Source of the DNA: an uncultured virus (IMG/VR IMGVR_UViG_3300042473_000519)
Taxonomy: Duplodnaviria > Heunggongvirae > Uroviricota > Caudoviricetes
Reading direction: 5' to 3' (one strand)
Virus record (IMG/VR): IMGVR_UViG_3300042473_000519
Length of the DNA stretch: 20,000 nt
Both the position numbers and the translations under genes were made by a program. Numbering within the stretch: the first letter of the stretch is position 1; every line of letters starts with the position of its first letter. Positions 17,009 through 20,000 of this stretch are shown here, piece after piece. Under the pieces are notes generated by a model, which saw only the letters and a program-made list of their open reading frames with translations, ran no database searches and was not told where the DNA came from.

Positions 17009-17016
17009 TATTTATA
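17009..17016 (-). promoter_or_regulatory. Perfect T4-type late promoter TATAAATA
   Basis: Minus strand reads TATAAATA-CACTGT-ATG. Confidence 0.7.
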
Positions 17017-17308
17017 GCGAGAATGGTGTTGTAAGGTTCAAAAAAAATATACGCAGAAAAAATTTGAGCAGTACTTACGCACTATACGGGGTTAGTTTGA
17101 AGTCCCCGAATGGGTCCTTTGCTCCGCAAATTTCTTGTGCGTAAAAAAATATAGAGAAGTACTTTTGCTTTTGGTGGGGTGATTTGGCACCTATGGTGAG
17201 TTGATTTTGCATGCGCTGTTGTAAAAATACAACAGTAAATCATTTGTATAGTCCCCCACCCCTCTCGAAATCTTTTTTATTTTGCATGCCCCGACCGATA
17301 TTTTAATC

Positions 17309-17358
17309 AAAAAGAATCCCTGACATACCGGGAGCGAATCGGATTTATTGTCAGGGAT
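17309..17358 (-). terminator. Intrinsic terminator-like hairpin closing the minus-strand early array
   Basis: Perfect 10-bp stem ATCCCTGACA(17316-17325)/TGTCAGGGAT(17349-17358), followed on the minus strand by TCTTTTT. Confidence 0.65.
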
Positions 17359-17412
17359 CACACTGCCCGGACATCCTTCCGGGCTAGGAGTCTCGTTGCC
17401 GGGAGCGAATCG
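17328..17412. repeat. Exact 14-bp direct repeat CCGGGAGCGAATCG, each copy at a hairpin apex
   Basis: Copies at 17328-17341 and 17399-17412. Confidence 0.9.
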
Positions 17413-17477
17413 TTGGCGAGACCTTGTGTACAGCACAGCTCTTAGTGGCTGCTTACTGTACTGCATACACGTACAGC

Positions 17478-18362
17478 TTAACGGCTGTTACGCATACACG
17501 TTACCTCTGCTACTGCCTTCCACTTGTCTGGGAAGCCATGCTTCAAGTCAGCTACCTTAAGGACTGTACGCAAGCTCAGCTCACGCAGGCGATGCACGTT
17601 GGCCTTAACAAAGTCCACTACCTCCATTGCTTGGTAGGGTTCGAACTCATACTTGTCCAGCATACCGCACTCGTTAACCACCTGCTCAATGCGTAGGATC
17701 TTCTCACGCTCTGTGTCGATAGTAAGGTCCAAGTAGTGGCAGCGTGACTCCAATGCTTCCAAGTGATCGCGGAGCTTCTTTGACTTAACGTGATCGAACT
17801 TGATGTTGGTAATAAAGATAGCACCGCCCTTGAACTCAAAGCTGTCTGGCACGCCTTCACGACGCAATAGGTGTGAGTCAGTGTTCCAATGGATCATACG
17901 CTTGCTGGATGTATCCAATGCTGCCTTAAGAATGTTCAAGCTCAAGTCATCCAACAGCACACTGTCACAGTCATCAAACACTAGAATGTTCTTGGCATCC
18001 TTGTAGTGATACAGCTTAGAGTACAAGCCCAGGGCACTCATAGCACCTTTGACTACTTCATACTTCTTCAGCTTCTCGTCCTGTGCCACATTGGCAAACA
18101 CATCGTGCTTTGACAACACAGTCTCAACACCGTGGCTCTTGCCCACACCCGGAGGGCCTGTGACAATCATAGCACGTACCTTGCCGCTCTTAACTGCACG
18201 AGTCATGTCGTCCAGGATCTCAAAACGATCTCTCAAACGAGTCAGTATCTCTTCATCCGTTTCTTTAGACAGATCCTTCTTCACAGCTTCGACTTCAAGA
18301 GTCTTGCTGGTAACTTCTGATTGTAGTGCCATAAGCATCTTTGATGTAACGACTTTAGCCAT
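17478..18362 (-). CDS. AAA+ family ATPase (early gene)
   Basis: Walker A GPPGVGKS, Walker B VFDDCD, sensor FITN, Arg finger ALESR; start reassigned to MAKVV (18362) after AAAGGA and downstream of the promoter. Confidence 0.85.
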   Translation of the reverse strand: MAKVVTSKMLMALQSEVTSKTLEVEAVKKDLSKETDEEILTRLRDRFEILDDMTRAVKSGKVRAMIVTGPPGVGKSHGVETVLSKHDVFANVAQDEKLKKYEVVKGAMSALGLYSKLYHYKDAKNILVFDDCDSVLLDDLSLNILKAALDTSSKRMIHWNTDSHLLRREGVPDSFEFKGGAIFITNIKFDHVKSKKLRDHLEALESRCHYLDLTIDTEREKILRIEQVVNECGMLDKYEFEPYQAMEVVDFVKANVHRLRELSLRTVLKVADLKHGFPDKWKAVAEVTCMRNSR

Positions 18363-18396
18363 TTGTGTTCCTTTATTTACGCTGTTTAAAGATTTA

Positions 18397-18425
18397 ATTA
18401 TAACAGAACCTTGCGGCTCTGTCAT
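18397..18425 (-). promoter_or_regulatory. Sigma70 early promoter
   Basis: ATGACA(18425-18420)-N17-TATAAT(18402-18397), extended -10 TG. Confidence 0.75.
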
Positions 18426-18434
18426 GTATTTTGG

Positions 18435-18788
18435 TTAGTCCATTCTGCTTCCGCTGTAGACCTTGTCCAGACCCAACTTGTCTTTGAGCACTTGGGCGTA
18501 GGCATCTGCTCCCGCTTCCAAAATGCTGATTGATTGAGTAGGGAAGCCGCTGGGGTTCCACAAGCTCAATGCACCCGTGTAGTCTTTGCGGAAGCCTGCG
18601 GCCTGTAGCCACTTGCCCACTTTGCTGTTTGAACGAACGCCAAACACGTTGACCCACGCAAAGCCGCATGCATCTCTGTCGCCGTGTTTGGCGTGGAATG
18701 CTTTGGCCGCTGTACGGGCTTGGATGCCTGCTTCGTTGCAAGCGTTTTGAACTGCTTCTTGTGTGATAACTGTTGCTTGTGCTAACAT
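18435..18788 (-). CDS. Hypothetical early protein (CGFAWV motif)
   Basis: 117 aa, AGGAG RBS, own promoter. Confidence 0.8.
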   Translation of the reverse strand: MLAQATVITQEAVQNACNEAGIQARTAAKAFHAKHGDRDACGFAWVNVFGVRSNSKVGKWLQAAGFRKDYTGALSLWNPSGFPTQSISILEAGADAYAQVLKDKLGLDKVYSGSRMD

Positions 18789-18819
18789 AGGTTCGCTCCT
18801 GTGTGTTGTTTAAGTAGTA

Positions 18820-18848
18820 ATTATAACAGCTTTAGACCCAGCTGTCAA
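18820..18848 (-). promoter_or_regulatory. Consensus sigma70 early promoter
   Basis: TTGACA(18848-18843)-N17-TATAAT(18825-18820), extended -10 TG. Confidence 0.85.
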
Positions 18849-19215
18849 CCATCATAACGGGCTTCTTAAGCACTCGTTTTACAAAGTCCTCGGGCTCGTC
18901 GTCTGCACGTACCAGCACAAAGCCCATGCTCTCTACCAAGTCCACCTCGCATACCTGGAGATCCACTGCGGCGGCCTCAAAGGCAATGTTCATCTTGGTC
19001 AGTGCATACTTAACGCCTGCTTGGAAGGCCTCGTACTCGCCATCACCTGTGTCTTCAAAGTCAAACTCTGTTTCCATAATGTGGGCGTACTCTTGTCCAT
19101 CTGCAATGATGAACTTGTTTATCTTCTTCCAGTTGCTCTGCTTCTCGCTGTCAAAGTGGTCACAGCACTCGTTAATGTCAAAACTGGCAAAACGGTCATA
19201 GTTAATAGTAGTCAT
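18832..19215 (-). CDS. Acidic hypothetical early protein
   Basis: Start reassigned to MTTINYD (19215) after AAGGGAG; 127 aa. Confidence 0.78.
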   Translation of the reverse strand: MTTINYDRFASFDINECCDHFDSEKQSNWKKINKFIIADGQEYAHIMETEFDFEDTGDGEYEAFQAGVKYALTKMNIAFEAAAVDLQVCEVDLVESMGFVLVRADDEPEDFVKRVLKKPVMMVDSWV

Positions 19216-19246
19216 TTGGGTCGCTCCCTTGTGTGTGTAAGTGTTT

Positions 19247-19275
19247 ATTATACAACTACTTTGGCAAGTTGTCAA
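19247..19275 (-). promoter_or_regulatory. Consensus sigma70 early promoter
   Basis: TTGACA(19275-19270)-N17-TATAAT(19252-19247). Confidence 0.85.
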
Positions 19276-19279
19276 CCTA

Positions 19280-19388
19280 ACTACATATTGGGCAGAGTCT
19301 CCGAACTCTCTTAGGATCCCTTGGTTACAACCCTTTTTGCATTTCTGCTGGGTTCTTACATACGAGGATCACCTTGTTGCTGTTTATG
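19280..19388 (-). ncRNA. Putative structured small RNA / minigene-bearing transcript
   Basis: Own consensus promoter, no ORF longer than 5 codons; stems GATCCT/GGGATC, AACCC/GGGTT, GCA-GAAA-TGC, AGAGT/ACTCT. Confidence 0.55.
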
Positions 19389-19393
19389 TGTTT

Positions 19394-19422
19394 ATTATAC
19401 TATCAAACTGTGGCCTTGTCAA
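19394..19422 (-). promoter_or_regulatory. Consensus sigma70 early promoter
   Basis: TTGACA(19422-19417)-N17-TATAAT(19399-19394). Confidence 0.85.
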
Positions 19423-19774
19423 CTGCAAAATAGCGGTAGGGCAAGTCCAAAGTCCAAGCAAGGAACTCGTCATCGCCGCTGGTGCCTTCAGCTTCGTGGA
19501 CCCAACGAAGTGCCATCTCGTAGCTCTTAGCACCCGACATCATCAGGCTCTGCATCCGCATTTCGAACGCGATGGAAGCCGCGTCCTCAGCCTGTTCACG
19601 GAGTTGGCTTTCACGGCGGATCACTTCTGCCAACTGTTCGAACTCAGCTTCGAACTGGGCTTCAGTCCAACCGCTAGTGTCCACATGCCGTGGGCGGAAG
19701 TTATAGGCATCCTTGTACATGTCCCAGTGGATGCTTTGAAGTTCTTCCATGCGGGTCAGTGTGTATTCTTGCAT
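19403..19774 (-). CDS. Hypothetical early protein (WDMYKDAYNFRPR motif)
   Basis: Start MQEYTL (19774) after GGAG; alternative leaderless ATG at 19801; both downstream of the promoter. Confidence 0.75.
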   Translation of the reverse strand: MQEYTLTRMEELQSIHWDMYKDAYNFRPRHVDTSGWTEAQFEAEFEQLAEVIRRESQLREQAEDAASIAFEMRMQSLMMSGAKSYEMALRWVHEAEGTSGDDEFLAWTLDLPYRYFAVDKATV

Positions 19775-19807
19775 TGTGTGCTCCAGTGTGTTGCTGTCCA
19801 TGTGTGT

Positions 19808-19836
19808 ATTATAGCAGGATTGGCTAGTCCTGTCAA
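19808..19836 (-). promoter_or_regulatory. Consensus sigma70 early promoter
   Basis: TTGACA(19836-19831)-N17-TATAAT(19813-19808), extended -10 TG. Confidence 0.85.
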
Positions 19837-20000
19837 GCCAATTTGTACTTCTTTTTCGCATCCACTTCGGCCTGTTGCTTGGCTGCCGACTGCTCCATTG
19901 CCACCAAAAACTCTGCGAACTGCGCCTTAGTCAGGTGCTGTGCTGCCATGCCCGCAACCATTGACCCCAAGTAGCCGTTAGCGAAAGCAGAAGTGTCGTA
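19833..20000 (-). CDS. 3' end of a hypothetical early protein, truncated by the window edge
   Basis: Open frame YDTSAFANGYLGSMVAGMAAQHLTKAQFAEFLVAMEQSAAKQQAEVDAKKKYKLA; its TGA is part of the next TTGACA. Confidence 0.7.
   Translation of the reverse strand, partial: YDTSAFANGYLGSMVAGMAAQHLTKAQFAEFLVAMEQSAAKQQAEVDAKKKYKLA

Noticed and set aside
17328..17412. Mini-CRISPR array from the 14-bp repeat pair
   Set aside because: Repeat too short, only two copies, 57-nt structured interval, no cas genes in the window
17191..17696. ORFs 17191-17466(-), 17348-17560(+) and 17424-17696(+)
   Set aside because: They run across hairpins, the terminator or the ATPase antisense strand, lack RBSs and have unprotein-like composition
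19366..19374. GGATCACCT as a 16S rRNA fragment
   Set aside because: Only 9 nt with no flanking rRNA similarity; better read as an SD on the minus strand
19280..19388. tRNA or c-di-GMP-I riboswitch identity for the ncRNA candidate
   Set aside because: No cloverleaf or T-loop; a GAAA tetraloop and CCUAAG are present but the riboswitch junction motifs and a complete tetraloop receptor are not
18363..19861. Longer starts in the ORF track (18425, 19275, 19861) and TTG at 130
   Set aside because: The extensions cross each gene's own promoter or the upstream gene; downstream ATGs have proper SD sequences
19241..19930. 229-aa plus-strand ORF
   Set aside because: Antisense to genes and promoters that all point leftwards; no RBS; looks like a shadow ORF

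Overview
Segment of a large tailed dsDNA (jumbo, distantly T4-like) phage genome in standard genetic code. Bases 1-14.6 kb are an AT-rich, mostly plus-strand replication/recombination block: gp32-like SSB, UvsX, UvsY, UvsW, 2OG-Fe(II) oxygenase, probable clamp-loader small subunit, a 191-aa DnaE-like protein, primase, an N-terminal-half-only carbamoyltransferase and a DnaB/gp41 helicase. At 14.7-17.0 kb are TAAATA-type late-promoter genes, including probable capsid-packaged proteins such as an M48 peptidase. At 17.0-17.5 kb is a highly structured non-coding region. At 17.5-20 kb is a more GC-rich minus-strand array of early genes, each with its own near-consensus sigma70 promoter. The most notable signals are non-coding: (i) hairpins at the 3' end of the early array whose duplicated loop is antisense to the ribosome-binding sites of two upstream early genes, next to a CsrA-like site; (ii) a ~110-nt structured RNA with its own perfect promoter and an SD-led AUG-UAA minigene. 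All family assignments come from motif recognition by eye; no searches were run.
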